DNA of 63,072 nucleotides, counting the filler, from Chiloscyllium plagiosum (Eukaryota), in NCBI RefSeq assembly GCF_004010195.1. It is 3 parts of one record of this genome, joined end to end, with 100 filler letters (N's around TTAATTAATTAA, not from the genome) between each part and the next. Parts side by side here need not be neighbours in the genome. Positions count along the whole stretch, not along the records: positions 25,667 to 56,877 come from NC_057712.1; 2 more parts are not named here. One strand, given 5' to 3'. Position numbers and translations under genes: made by a program. Shown here one piece after another: positions 39,159 through 54,704 of the stretch. The notes below the pieces were generated by a model. That model was not told where the DNA came from. It did not search any database and saw only the letters and a program-made list of their open reading frames with translations. The stretch's first letter is position 1; each line of letters starts with the position of its first letter.

Positions 39159-39469
39159 TATTTCTGGAAGTGCCTAAGGAAGCAAATGGTATAGAAAGCA
39201 AGCTATGGAAATGGAAAAAAAATGTGATTATGAGTTGAATCATACAGTGATAGTGTTGTATTTCTGAGTTAGGTCAATCTTGCTGAAAGTATATTGCACT
39301 TAGCTTAAAACTGGCCCAGCAGTGTTTCACTAGTATACAGAGAGAAAATGCCATGCAACTTCATGAGGCACATTGACGACTTTTCTGCAGTATTTGAGCA
39401 ACATGTGATAGATGAAATAAAATACTTTAAAATTGGCAATTAATCTTCAGGGGCTTTAAAATATATTTC

Positions 39470-39795
39470 TATCCATTCAGGCTATGTGAAATTTGCTGGC
39501 TTGGCCGGCATCTATTGCCCATTCCGAATTATTCTTAAGATGGTGGTGAGCTGCCTTCTCATACTCTTGCAGTCCATTTGGTATAGGTATCCCATAATAT
39601 CATTAAGAAGAGAGAGTTCCAGGATTTTCACCCATGACACTGAAGGAAAAATGAAATATTTCTAAGTCAAGATGTTTCGTGACTTGGAGAGGAGCTTTCA
39701 GATGGTGGTGTTCCATGTATCTGGTGCCCTTGTGTTTCTAGATGACAGTGGTCTTGAGTTTAGAAGATGCTGTTAAGAAACCTTGACGAATTTCT
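39470..39795 (-). mobile_element. CR1/L2-type LINE 3' fragment
   Basis: Shared tail (gctggcttggccggcatctattgcccat) and the gtggtgagctgccttct motif. Confidence 0.65.
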
Positions 39796-39809
39796 ATAGG
39801 ATTAAATGT

Positions 39810-40670
39810 AGAGTCATAGAGTTATACAGCACAGAAACAGATCCTTTGGTCCAACTTGTCTGTGCCAACCAGACATCCCAATCGGACCTCGGCCTATTGC
39901 CAGAATTTGGCCCATATTCCTCTAAACCCTTCCTATTTGTGTGACCCATCCAGATGCCTTTTAAATTTTGAAATTATATCCACCTGCACCTCTTCTTTGT
40001 CTAGCTTTTTCCATCCACACCTCCTCCATGGAGAAAAGTTGCCCCTCAGGTCATTTTTAAATCTTTCCCCTCTCACTTTAAACTTATGTCCTCTATTTTG
40101 GATTCCACCACCCTAAGAAAAAGACCTTGGCTATTCAGGCTATCCATGCTCCTCATGATTTTATAAACCTCTATAAGGTAAAGCCTTAGCCTTCGACACT
40201 CCAGGGAAAAGAGCCCCAGCCTATTCAGCATCTCCCCATAATTCAAACCCTCCCGTCCCAACAACATCCTTGTAAATCTTTTCTGCACCCTCTCTTGTTT
40301 AACATCATTCTTCTGATAGAGGGGCAACTAGAATTGTAAACAGTATTCCAAAAGGGGTCTCACCAATGTCCTGTACAACCATAACATGACGTCCCAATTC
40401 CTATAGTCAATGTTCTGACCAAACATCTTCTTCACCACCCTGTCTCTCTGTGACTCCACTTTCAAGGAACTTTGCACCTGCACCTCTAGGTGTCTTTGTT
40501 CGACAACACTTCCTCGGGTCCTACTATTAATTCTATAAGTCCTGCCCTGGCGTGCCTTACCAAAATGTAACATTGTGCATTTATCTTAATTAAACTCCAT
40601 CTGCCAATCCTTGACTCATTGGCCCATCTGATTAAGGTCCTGTTGTACTCTGAGATAATCTTCACTATCA
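39810..40670 (-). mobile_element. CR1-type LINE 3' region
   Basis: LHFGKA, LYRTLVRPLLEYCLQF, ERVQKRFTRML and LGLFSLECRRLR motifs. Confidence 0.88.
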
Positions 40671-42639
40671 AGCAGAACAAGTTGGGAATGATTTTGGATC
40701 AACAATCTTACTTAGAACAGGTCAATCACATCACAATAAATAGGAACAGTTGCTTACAGAGAGAAGGTCCTGCAACCAATATAGAAAGAAAACAGGAATA
40801 AAACAGTTTGATTGGTATTGACACAGATTTGACCCAATACCTTTTATTTTCTATTTCAACTGAATATTATGCTATAGTGGAGGAATTCTGACAGCAAATA
40901 AAATATTAAAGAAGTATAAATTTAGGGAAAAGTGCAGCAAGCTTCCAGCCTTGGGTGATCCAGAAGATATTAAGTCAGTCATTTTAGTGATGACTTACAT
41001 CTAAGTCTTCCAGATGGATATTCTGTTATAACAGGGATTATTATATTCTTTATAGACAAGAATAGAATTATATAGTAAAGAAGAAGCCTTTCAGCCCATC
41101 AGGTTTGTACCACCAAAAATATACTGCTACCTATACCAGTCCCATTTGCCCACGGTAGGCACATTGTCATTGTCATAACATTCAAGACTATGTTGGAATA
41201 AATGTGGTCCATTGACCTGGGAAGCCAAGTAAATAAAACAGGTAATTAAAAGTACCTTAGCTGCTGAAGCACCGGCACATGTGGAGGCAATAGATATGGG
41301 GCTGTCAAATTTTGACACAATGGATAATCTGGGAAAAAATCTCCATTGAATGTTATGTTGATAATCTTTCTCTTTGATGCAGCTTTCGTTCAATAAAGCC
41401 TATCACAGAGAAAAGGATGAGAATTGACCTTGCTCATGCAAAGCACATGTTGAAAAGAAATTACATTTCTATAGTAAAATAAGTTGGTCAAGTTACCAAT
41501 TGTCAGGTTGTTTTATAAAGAGAAATGCATGCCCTAAAAAAAATTAGATGTCCTCAAATAAAGTGTATTGTGTTATGGTGAGAATGTGTAACATTTTATT
41601 GAAAGGATATGACTGAGCATTTCTTTCTTCAATCTACATGTAGAAAATGTATTTTAAAGAATAATTGTATTACGATGTGCATCGAGTCATTCAAAAGAGA
41701 ATTCAATTGTTATGAAAAGGAAGAATATGCAACATTACAAATGGAGATGATGAGGAAAATGCATTTGGTGAGTTGTTCATTATTAAAACCAATACAGATA
41801 CAATGGCACAAAAATTTCCTTCTGTGCTGTAACAATTTGTGAAGAGCATTAAATGTAAAAGCCTTTATAATCTGCTATTATCTTCTCATCACTTATCATT
41901 AAGCTAAATAATCAATTCTTTATAATTAAATGTGCAGATTTTTCCTGTTTTTTTTGTTCTTTCATTAGACGTGGATTTCACTGAGAAGTCTGACATTTAA
42001 TGCCATATTCCAATTGCTGTTGAGCTGATCAGCTGACTAGGTTGCTTAGGAGGGTGGTTCAGAGACAACAACTTAACTATGTGTCTGGAGTCACATGCAG
42101 GCCAGGCAATAGGCCAGGCCTTCCCTGCCTGGTAAATGGGAGGGTTTGTGGCAGCAGGTAGTTGGCAGCTGCAATATGTAAAACAAAATTATATGATATG
42201 AAGGGTATTCAACTGGCATTGTGGCAATCTCATTACAATCAGAGAAACCAAAGAAGAAAGGGAATGGAAAAGCAATTTTCTGCACTGTAGGACCTTTTGC
42301 ACTTTTAAACCAAATGAAGTTATTTGCTGTTATCTTCTTTTTGTACATTGCAAACATCAATCAAATATGGTGCATAAAACCACCATAAAAGCATTATTGG
42401 CAAATATTTATCATTCTTTACAAACACATGATGTGCTGATGTAAATTATATTGAATGCACTATGATATCTGTTGCATGGCATGGCAATGTGAAGGAAATG
42501 ATCCATAGTTTCTCTTGCCGAAGCAGAATTCATGTTTTCTATTAAAGCTAGTGCCTCTTTTAACAAAGTAAGAGTATTTTAATATGTAAGCCTGATTTTT
42601 AAGGAGTATTGTTCTGTAGCGTTCTCTTTGTTCTCAGTT

Positions 42640-43915
42640 TGCACCTCACTTCAAATATTTATTTCAGTCACCTCCAGCAGGATATCAGCACCAAACACAC
42701 CTTTCTCTCCTCACTACTGTCAACAACCTGCAGAGACCTTTCCCTCCAGAAACCTCCACTCCTCCATTACTCCTAACAATTCCTCACTCCCCAGTGCAAA
42801 ATTCCCATGGAATTGCCGAGGTGTATCACATGTCCATTCACCTCCACTTTCCTCAATGTTCAAGGATCCAAACACACTTTCTATGTGAAGCAGAATTTTG
42901 CTTGTATTTTCTTCAATTTTGTCTACTGCACTCGCCGCTCTCAAGTGGTCTCCTTCACAGTGGCGAGGCTAGGCGCAGATTGGGTAACTGCTTTGTGGAA
43001 CATCCCCGCTCTATCCATATGATTGATCCTGATCTCCCAGTTGATTGCCATTTCAACAAACCACCTTGCTCTTATGCTAATATTCTGCCCTGGGCCTGCT
43101 ACACTACTGCAACAAAGCCATAATGCAAACTCATTTTTCACTTAGGCACTTTATAGCTTCTAGGTATTGTACTGAATTCCACAACTTCAGAAACAGAGTG
43201 CACGTTATCTGTTCTCCATTTTTCTTATATTCTTCCTGCTCATACCAAGCCCCATCACCCTCACCCCCACCACCCAACAGTCTTGTCTGGATGCATTAAT
43301 AATCATTTTCCAGCATTTTGGGGAAGTCCAGAACTAGGTGTCACATTCTAAGACTAAGAGGTAAGCCATTCAAGATTGAAATGAGGAAGAATTTCTTCAT
43401 TCGGAGAGTTCTGAACTTGTGGAATTCTCTACCATAGAAAGTGTTAGGGCTAGTTCATTAGATATATTCCAGAGGGAACTAGACATGGCTGGTGTGGCGA
43501 AAGGGATCAAGGGTGTGGAGAAAAAGCAGGAATGGGATACTGAGATTGCACGATCAGCTGTGATCATATTGAATAGTGGTGCATGATCAAAGTGCCAAAT
43601 GGCCTACCCCTGCACCTATTTTCTTGTTTCCATGTCTTGTTCACTTTGCTCTCACGTCCCTTTCACACCTTGATTTTCATCTATTTTACATCTCCTTTTT
43701 GTCTACACTGCCATTAACAACACTTTTGACTTTTGCATCGAATCTCTGAACCATCTGTTCTTTTCATCCGTCTGCCTCTGTCAAAAGTATAAAAGAAACT
43801 ATTTTACAGTCCTTTTCGGTTCTGAAGAAGAAACATACTGGACTTGAAACATTAACTCTATTTTTCTCTCCACACATTCTGTCAGCCCTGCTGTATTTCT
43901 TCAGCATTCTCTGTG
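42640..43915 (+). mobile_element. Old Penelope-like remnant (family D) with a nested CR1-type 3' end at about 43315-43630
   Basis: Decayed GIY-YIG region (GLLHSGEARRRLGNCFVEH, PVDCHFN) and terminal repeat ttctgaagaa...gaaacattaactct...ctgtatttcttcagcattctctg. Confidence 0.65.
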
Positions 43916-46810
43916 GCTGTTGTTGCCCAGTTATTGTTTAGATGCGTCCAAGTTTCTGTGATGTAGAATTAATAATAGGAGAAATTCAATTCATGAAAGG
44001 AGTCATTTGAAAACTGTTGAGCAAATTATTTTTATTAAACTAAGAATTTTATTTACAACAATGTATAGCACAAACCATCTTGGATATATTCAGAAACAGC
44101 ACACACAAGGTTAGACACTCTAGCATGATCTGCAATGTTATGTACAACATAAAGGGAGACAATACTAAACATGTTTAATTTTCCCAGTACATCATCGAAA
44201 TATGCTTCATAATAACAAATACTGTCAGAAAACAGATTGCCATTATTAGAAGGTATGAGCACTGGATTGCAAAAGCTCAGTAAACAACAACGAACATGAG
44301 CACTGTACACTTCTATACAACCAGAACATATTACAGCACAAAAGATGATCAGTCATCTCATTCATTTATGCTAACACTTTTCTGGGGTATCCCAACATTA
44401 AGCCCACTGATGTCTTCCATGCCCACAGCCCTGAGCCTTGCTGTACTTCAAGAAGTGTTGTCATATATGTCATTAATTATTTTACCACTTGCTGTTCATT
44501 ATTGCTATTGTAATTTAGATGACCCCACACCCAGTTAGAAAGAGAAATACACTTGCATTCAAAATGACAGGTGTGGTTTATTGTGCCTCATTACACACGT
44601 TTTCAATCAATCATGCTTTAGGGCATTTTTCGAAACAGTACACAAGTTTAAAAGACCTTTCATGCAAAATTCATGCAAACTGTTCACCAACTGTAGCTCC
44701 TTTAGCATGAATTAATGCTTTAAATATGCAGAAGCAACTCACAGTGATGCACTGATAATTTGACATTTGTGAGTTCCTATATTTATATTCAACTATTCAG
44801 TAACGAGTTCACTGTACAAGATGATGTATAACTCAATTTGAATATACATTACAAGACATGCTGCTAATCAGCATGCTCTTTTAATAGTTGTGAGGTACCT
44901 TGACATTAATCAAAGGTGAGCCAATATTTGACTACAGAGGTACAAGAGAAAGTGGTGAAATGGTCACAAGGCTACCTGTTACACATGACTGTTCTGGCAT
45001 TCACTTTAAGGGGGCGACAGTGAGGAGCTTCAGTCACTGGCAGCGCAAATCGTAAATTTAGGTCATGAAAATAATCTCATGGATGATGTGGACCCAGATT
45101 TGTGCTGTCAGTACTAAGGATTCTGCATTGGCAACTCTTAAATAAATCTCTGAAAATACAAATGTTACTTTATCTGCACATGCTGTTAACTTTAAGGACT
45201 TCAAAGACTGCCAAAAGATCAGCCAGTAGATATATTATTTACATTAAAATTGTGATGAACCAGTTAAACAGCAATAACTTTATTTTTAGCAGATATTGAA
45301 CACTTACTTGTAAAGAGGCACTATTCTTCCCCAAACTCAGTTCCCCCTTCCTCCCTTCTATTCTTTCTGTTCATATATTCTTTTCCTCTTGATGTAGTAT
45401 CTTTGTTGTCTGAGATTTGCTACACTTGGCTTATGCCATGATATCACAACACAGTAAGGTAAAGATGCAGATCCCCCAGAACCATGTCAGCCAAAAGGGG
45501 GATTGAACCCACATTGTTGATGTTATTCTGCATCACACTTCAGCAATCTTAGCTCACTGATCCCTAACCTAATATTCAGAGTCTTAAAACTCAACATTAT
45601 CACTACTGATGAATATACCTTGCCTTCTCTTTTACTATTATCAACCTTGGTTTCCTGATAAAAGTAAGATAATTCAAGGATACCAAACTCTAAGGCTGGA
45701 AAATTATAAATGTGTAAAAGAAACATATGTGTGCATGTACTGTATAACTTGTAGAAAAGGCAATTGGAGAGATAGTTAGATGTAATTGATTCTGAATAAG
45801 TCAATTTTCAAAGATCAGGCAGATATTTAATGTCTTTAAATGATTAACTTCTAGAAAAAACACTTTGCACCATTTCTCATGTCTGCTGCCCTAGTCATAT
45901 ATTGTGAACCTGGATTCTATAATTGCTTTATTTTTTCTCAAAAATACACTATGTTCCCTGCAGCTTTAACTGTTCATTTTTTTTTAATCAACACCAGTTT
46001 ATAAATTCATATATTTACATTTGAAACTAAACTTTGCCATTTTCTCTTAAATTCTTAGTCTTACATTTTCTGACTTTTCAAACATATTATAAATCTTTTC
46101 AGCTCAGCACAATCGAAAACTTAATGTTTAACATATGTTTTAGTTGTTTAAATTTGATGTAAACAATTAAGTAAATAAAATGATCATTTTCTTAAACCAA
46201 ACAAACACAAATAAATAGACACAGTAGATAGAAAACTACACTGATGATCACTTGATTTGTAATTAGATTTTAAAATTAACATATTATGAGTGCATTATTC
46301 AAGTGTAAACTTGAATCATTTAAAATTTTCATTTTATGTACACCAGAAATTTACAGTATGTGCCTAACAGTTTACTTGGAATGTAGTGTATGTATTTGTA
46401 ACAAATTGTCCCTATTCAAGACAGTTGAGGCCTTCGGTGACAAGACTGCAAGTGTTGTTCCCAGACAGCTGCAAGATGGTTTATTTCTTAATCTTGCACT
46501 GAGTGTGGTGTACAAGGTGCCATATATGGTTATATGAGGAAAGATTTTTTCAGCATTAAAGAAAGGAATGCTTTGGTGAAGATTACATAACATAACACCT
46601 AACACAGGAAAGTGATAATCCACGTGCAATGTCCTCAGACAGCACTGGTTCTCTACCTGTACTTTATGATAACTATTCATAAGCATTAAACATGAAATGA
46701 AAATTGATGAAATGTGCAATTTATTGCAATTTTGAAAGATGAAAAATACATGCGTTCTCGTACCTTGATTATTTGACTTTCGAGAGCATAATGTACCAAA
46801 ATATTCTGGA

Positions 46811-47128
46811 CTTAGAATCCCTTCAGTGTGGAAACAGGCCTTTCAGCCAACAAGTCCACAACGACCCTCCGAAGATTCTCCCACCCAAACCCATTACTCT
46901 ATATTTACCCCAGACTAATGCACCTAACCTACATATCCCTGAAAACTATAGGCAATTTAGCATGATCAATTCACCTAACCTGCACATCTTTGGATTGTGG
47001 GAGGAAGCCCATGTAGACACAGGGAGAATATGCAAACTCCACACAGACAGTCACCCAAGGCTGGAATCAAATCCAAGTCCCTGGAGCTGTGAGGCATCAA
47101 TGCTAACCACTGAGCCACCGTGCTGCCC
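46811..47128 (-). mobile_element. HE1-type SINE
   Basis: Head gggcagcacggtggctcagtggttagca, V-domain, and tail ggcctgtttccacactg. Confidence 0.9.
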
Positions 47129-48118
47129 TAACTTGGAACATTTTTTTTGTTCCCTGGCCATAAAGCAGGTACATGTTCCAACTGATTCACAGTTTTAATA
47201 AATGTTTAGTGGATCTGAAAACCCTGCTACAAGAAATGCATTAAAGAAATGCACCAAAAAAGAAATGCAATCCCACAGAATAAGATACTTATAATTTGAC
47301 TTTGCAAGATAAGTCATGCAACAACAGTTGCAATTCAGTGCAAGCGGCAGACTGTCAGATGAAAACTATTTTTTCTGATTTAAATTCAAGAGATTAAGAA
47401 CAAGACCTGTTTAAGGATGCAGGATGTACATGACTGTGATCCCAAATACGTTTAGGTCAATCACTGCTCATGCAGCTAAAAACTTCAAATCAACAAAGGA
47501 TATCTTACTTATACAATGCATTCAATGTCTGGCTTTTAGTTTACATGCATATGTACAAAAACTGTTCCTCCTGATTTATATTTGTGAAACAGGGCATTGT
47601 GACGTATTGATTCTACCATTGAGTTGGTCCTCAAAATCTAGAAAATAGGTATGCAACACTGCAAGTCCCAGTGAGTACCAGAGACAGAAAGTTAAGAAAT
47701 CATAAAAACATAAATGTTTTTATAATCTGCCACTGAGACAAAATCATACACTGTGACTTGGGAATGCCTCAAGAATATTTAAATCCACATTTTTGTGGTA
47801 GGAAGAGTAAGACTTTGCATTTTCTTGATGAGGCAAGTGTACAAATAAAGCTTGGATTGGAGAGAATATTGGTTTTGATTTTGACCTCAGGGCATGAAAG
47901 CAGTTTTCCAAAATATTTGGCATGTACAACACCATTGTGTGCACGTTTGTGCCAGCATTCATCTATAAGTATGAAGCAGTACCAATGATATTTAGGTGGG
48001 CTTTATGTATTCATTCCAAGATTGGACAAAGTCAGGACAGCATTGGCCTTGACAGTGGGATGAAAAGCCAGGTACAACCTTGACTTGGCCGTATGGGGAA
48101 GGCCAACTGTATTTTCTG

Positions 48119-48231
48119 GGCAGAAGTGGGTACTGCAGATGCTGGAGATTAGAGTCAAGATTAGAGTGGTGCTGGAAAAACACCCGATGAAGGGCTTTTG
48201 CCTGAAATGTCGATTTTCCTGCTCCTCGGAT
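48119..48231. mobile_element. PLE mini-element (family A), about 113 bp, with a 17-bp flanking duplication
   Basis: Terminus ctgcagatgctggag...gtgctggaaaa joined to an inverted hammerhead segment. The 17-mer gccaactgtattttctg lies at 48102 and 48232. Confidence 0.82.
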
Positions 48232-50154
48232 GCCAACTGTATTTTCTGTCCATCTAATAGCAAATTAGCTGGCATCAGGGCTTCTGTCATTTTAAGAGGT
48301 GAAACCCTGCCTTTAAGAGCTGCCGGACAATTGGGGGTTCTAGCAGAACCACCACAACTGAGAGGCTCTATCCTCATCAAGCCTTGGGGAAAGCTGCCAG
48401 ATTTCGCCATGCAGTCTCCCAATGTGGTGGGGGACCCACTTGTCATTGGTGGAATGCAGGCAAAGGCATTGGCTGCACAAGTGACACAGTTTACCTCTGG
48501 TCGAGAAGGCCAGCCTTCACCTTCCTTACTGTTAGTAAATGCCCTGTCAGTGGGAAGACAACAGACACACCAACCTTGCCTTCTCTTCTGATTCTAACCC
48601 TGCTCTCCCCCATGTCCCACCCTGCTCCTACAAACTCCATGAAACAATCCCCAAATCCACAAAGATGTGCCATTTTTAAAAGTCTAGCCATTTACTATTG
48701 CAACCATCTGCAAATGCCACACTGAGAAGGCCAGTGTATTGTTTTCTCTTTTATTTTTAATGTGTATGTTAAACCTGATGAAACATTAAGTTTATTAATA
48801 CTAAATGACTTGTTTATTACTAAATATTAGTGCGCTTGTTTCAATTTGCAAAGTAGTTGTTTAATTTCTTGATATTTGTAGAACATTTTTAGATTTATGC
48901 AAAGAAATAAGTTTAAAAAATGCTGGAAATGCACAAATACATTACAATCTGTATGTGATAGGAAAAGGCGGGCCAGAGTTCCAAAATTACAAAAATACCT
49001 AAATGATCTCATTTAACATGCAATTTCTGGACTTTTCATGCAAATAAACATATTGACCACACAAATAACTACCAAATAACCTAAATGCCGCCTAACAATA
49101 AATCAAGTCAACTAAAAGGGAAATTAGCACTGACTAACACTGACAGGGTCTCAATGCATTATCATCTATTTTTAGAGGCATTGTGGTAGAACTCAACCTT
49201 GAATGATCATGTACAATGGGATAACAGTGAGTCGGCAGGCCATTTTACATCTCTCTAACTTTAGTTTCTGCAAATTAAAGTTAAAATAGTCTACCAGCTC
49301 ATGACCACCTACTTTACACTATTGTACAAAATTTAGGTGAACTCCATTGATATTAGAAATCTTTATAGATAGTATAGAATAACAAACATAGAATAAAAAA
49401 ATCTGTATCATTTGGAGGTCATGATTCTGTTAGCATAAATTACTGCATCTTAAAATTAAAATAGGTAATTTTTTAATTATTAAGTTTGCATTTTAAAGTT
49501 AACTATTACCAGCCTTTGACATTGAAGTCATTCCTATGGTTAGATTATAACTCTAACTGTTACCAAATGGGAAAAAATAATGAAGTAAGAAAATTATCAA
49601 CCAGAAATTCTTCACTCTTCCTCAACATTTTGCAACCATATATTCCAATTTCCAGGCCAATTATATGCCATTATTAACTTTCAGAAAGCAGTGTATGCCC
49701 CCAGTGAGTTAGTCATGTTTACATGACCAAAAATAGTTGAACTAAATGAAGCTTTTCTTTTGCAGTGTCTGTGCTGCAGGGAGCTTCTTGGTTTATGAAG
49801 TTCAGATGTTCTGTCAGCAGCGTGAGGTTGGGAAATGACCCTTAATATTTTAAGACATGTAGCAACATACATGAGGCATCAACTGCCAATGATCAGGTAA
49901 GATGGCATGGTGCAATTTCACAAATACCTTTATCTCAATATTCCAAAGTTTCAGTAATGAAAAAAAGATGAAAACTGATATAAAATGAGAAAATGCTGGT
50001 AATATATGGCAGATCTATTCATCTCTAAAATGCACTGGAAACAACATTAATCAGTCTTTTCTCTTTTGAACATCTGAGTATTTCCAGAAATTTCTGCTTT
50101 TAGTTTTCAAAGTCTTATTTTATCCCTACTGAGCAACAGCACATAGGGACTACG

Positions 50155-50184
50155 TATATATATATATAAAATATATATATATAT
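50155..50184. repeat. (TA)n microsatellite
   Basis: Directly visible, with one interruption. Confidence 0.9.
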
Positions 50185-51765
50185 CTTCAGATTGCAATAT
50201 TATTTGACCCTGTGAATATCAACTGTTACAATATTATAATGACTGTATTTACAAATTATATTGGCAACAAGTATTCAGAAATGAGCACCATGGGTATTGA
50301 AATATTAGTCCCCCATTGTGTAACAAGGATGAATAATCAAACAAGTTAATCTAATCTGTAGTGGAAAATTATTGGGCAGAAAAACTAAGGAAAGTGGTAT
50401 TCTTGACAAACTGGGGAAGCATTCAATCATGTTCAGGAAAAAAAAGAGAAGTCATTTTGATTGGAGTTGGACTGAACCAGTCAGCAATGAGTTATTATTT
50501 CATCTAATAATTTAAATGGTTAATACAATCTAATGGCAATTTACTAAGCTCAACCTTTGTTATATGAGGAAATTTGCAAAATGCTGTTGATTATATCACC
50601 TTGCTTCCTAAATTCACCTGCTCAATATTGTGCATTGAACGTGTAGCACATTGTAAAAACATAAAAAACATTATTCACTGAATTACTATTCCTATCAGCT
50701 ATTCCAGCACTTTGATAGTTTCAATTCTTTTTTCCTCACTCTTTTCCCTCTTTCTTTCATGAACGTTTTGGCTACTTGATGTATGAAACAGGTTGTCATT
50801 ATCTCTTTTCAGTGACCATTTTTCATCTTAAAGTCTTGACACGATGTCTCTGCCCTCTCAATGGAGAGGCTGGACTGCGCAGAGTGGCTGCTGAATCCTG
50901 GTTGAAAATTGGATCAGTGGAGGTGTTACTGCAGCCCAAGTATGTGGGCCTCTCTGCTGGTTAGTGCCATATTGCTCTTTATGAGGTACAGCAAATGATG
51001 CGCAAAATGCTGGTGCATTTCATATTGGGAGTTAAAATGGATCTTGTAAAATGCATAGCGCACTCTGCCATATTAGGAGTTAATTGGGAAAACATATGCT
51101 AAATGGTCAGATTTTCTGAGATATTAGGAATTAACTCTGTTTCAAATCAGTTACTCTCACACTGACTTTTGCCTTCAGTTCCTGACTCCTGCCACTTCTT
51201 GATTTCCAGGATTTATTCCAAGTTCCCACTCTCTGGTATTAAAAGTAAATATTTTGACACCAGCTTTGGCTTTGACAGATTTGAATATCCTGAACTGCAT
51301 AACAACACTACTCATTTTCTGTGAGCAGTATTACCATTAAATAACATTACAAGCAATTTGAGACCTTTAAACCTGTTTACTATGGGTGATTCATTGAATC
51401 AGGGTATTTAATAAATACAGTTGACTCAGTGTCAAATCTTTATCCCAGGTGGTATTTAATTAGGACAAGGTGCAGTTTTCTAGGTCCATTTCCAGAGACA
51501 GGTGTTCTTTTAAAACAAAGTTTCCATCCTGTGTTTGCACATTATACAGCTTGTTTGCAGTTTTTTTTGTCAAACTTATGAGTTTTAATCTCAAAGCAAA
51601 CGCCATAACTGATATGTTTTCATGCCACTTTTTTTTTGAATAAACATCTAGTGATTTTCACCAGGTGAGATATGAAACAAAATGGATGTGGATCGATCGA
51701 CTTCCTAACTTCTAGACACTGTTAATTTTATACACAACGTTCATTAATTTCTGAATGAATCCTTA

Positions 51766-52836
<1,071 letters not shown>

Positions 52837-52904
52837 TCACATTCCTGCTAGCAGACAAAACAACTGACAGATTGAATAGATGCTAACTGCTACAGTTGGG
52901 AAGA

Positions 52905-53480
52905 GAAAAATACAGTGAACACTGGAGGTCTGGAAAAACCTCAGAAAATGCTGGAAATGCTCAGCAGGTCAACAGCATCTGAGGAGTCAGAAACAGAGTT
53001 AATGTATCAGGTCAATAACCTTTTATCAGAACTGTGAGTCCTTGAGATGAGAGGGTTTTTAAGCAAGACAGAGAAATAGGTGGAGGAAGAGGAATGAAGA
53101 AAGGGAATTCCTGTAAAAGGATGGAAGGCAGGCAAGGCTAATTGACAAAAAGAATGATAGTGCAAGGAAAAAGATACAGTAAAAAGATAAAGTTAAAATA
53201 AACAAAAGTGGTGTAATTAAAAAGGTGTAAATGAGAAAAGCAGAATTCATACCAATAGCTGCCATCTAAAATAAGTGGACAGACAGTGAACTGATAAGAC
53301 TGGAAAAAGCATCATTGAAAGATGCAGTGCTTTTTCTGGAATTTGAATTGAACATCATTGTAACATTGCAGCAGCCAAGGACAGGAAGATCAGACTGAAG
53401 TGGAGGAAAGAACTAAAATCGCAGGTAACCAAATGCTCAAGAATACAACTGTGGAATGAATGGAGATGTTCTGCAAAGCA
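52905..53480 (-). mobile_element. Old Penelope-like terminal remnant (family D)
   Basis: gaaaatgctggaaatgctcagcaggtcaacagcatctg...agagttaatgtatcagg...tcagaac matches the reverse complement of 43820-43915. Confidence 0.55.
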
Positions 53481-54239
53481 TTTGCAAAAGATATCTTCTA
53501 TCCCCTACAGTCTCCCCCACAATATGAGCAGTAAAGGCATGTTGATTGAAATACAAGCAAATCTCGATTCAAAAGGAAAAGGATTTGGGATTTGGCATGT
53601 GAAGGAAGGAGAGATGATCGGATTGAATCTGGTGGGGTGTTGGCTGGGACATAGATGTCTGGTTTGGGTGTTGGGGGCTGGTTCAAAGTCTGAGAGATGT
53701 AGTGGTCTTGGGTGAGGTGTAGTTAAGGTGAGGGGCGAGATAAGATTGGGGTATGGTGAATCGCACATTGCTGAATGTGGGAACATCACATACGGGGAAG
53801 CTTTCAAAACATTCCTCTTTATTCACCAAGACCAAAATCAAACAGAAATGAAATAAGCAGAGGCTGCATTTGTCTTCAGGAATAGAAATGATCTGCTTGC
53901 AAAATGCCTGCCAATATTTTTACAAGTAATGAATGATCTCATCTACAGGAATCAGGTGTCAATTAAACTCTGTCTGGCTCATAGCACTGAATGCTATTGC
54001 ACTTCCTCATATTCCAGATGACATTTGCCCTTCTCAATGTCCTCATCTTCCTCCTCAGAACACTGCACCTCCTCTCCCAGCTCATCAGTCTCTATCAAGT
54101 AGGGAGAAAATTCTGCCCTATGATCTCAATACCCCACTCAGGATCATGCCCAACAATGGCTTGTAGCAGTGACAGCAGGAGGGTACCTCATCAGCATACA
54201 GCCTATTCTGAGAGATGGTAATGCCCAAGCAAGGATGCT

Positions 54240-54655
54240 TTTTTCAGTCGGTTCTTGGTGAGTGCATGTTGCTGGCAAGACCTGCATTTATTACCCATCC
54301 TAAATTACTCTTGACCCCAGGTAGTGGTCAGTCACCTCATGAATCTCGAGAGTCCATTTGGTATAGATATAGGATTTAGAGTAGGAATTCTAGGATTTTG
54401 CCTGAATTAAAATAAAAGTACAGCTGTACGGTTCCAAGTCAGGACGGTGTTTGGCTTGGAGAGAAGTTTGCAGGTTGGGGAGTTCTCATGCCGCTGGTGA
54501 TCTTGCCCTGCATGGTAGCTCAGTTTGCCAGTTTTAATGGTGCCTTCAAAGGAGATTACTGCATTGCATGTTATAAATGGTAAACACTACTGCTACAGAG
54601 TGCTTGTGGTGAATGGAATTGATGTTTAAGATAATGGATGGTGCGCTGATCAAAC
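54240..54655 (-). mobile_element. CR1/L2-type LINE 3' fragment
   Basis: Shared tail and the ttccaagtcagga motif. Confidence 0.6.
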
Positions 54656-54704
54656 GGATGATCCCGAAAATATTTTAAACAAATGATTTCGAAGATTGTT
54701 TATC

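Noticed and set aside
48003..48725. Overlapping 147, 168 and 113 aa ORFs
   Set aside because: They span a PLE insertion and GC-richer repeat-like sequence, with no splice or homology support.
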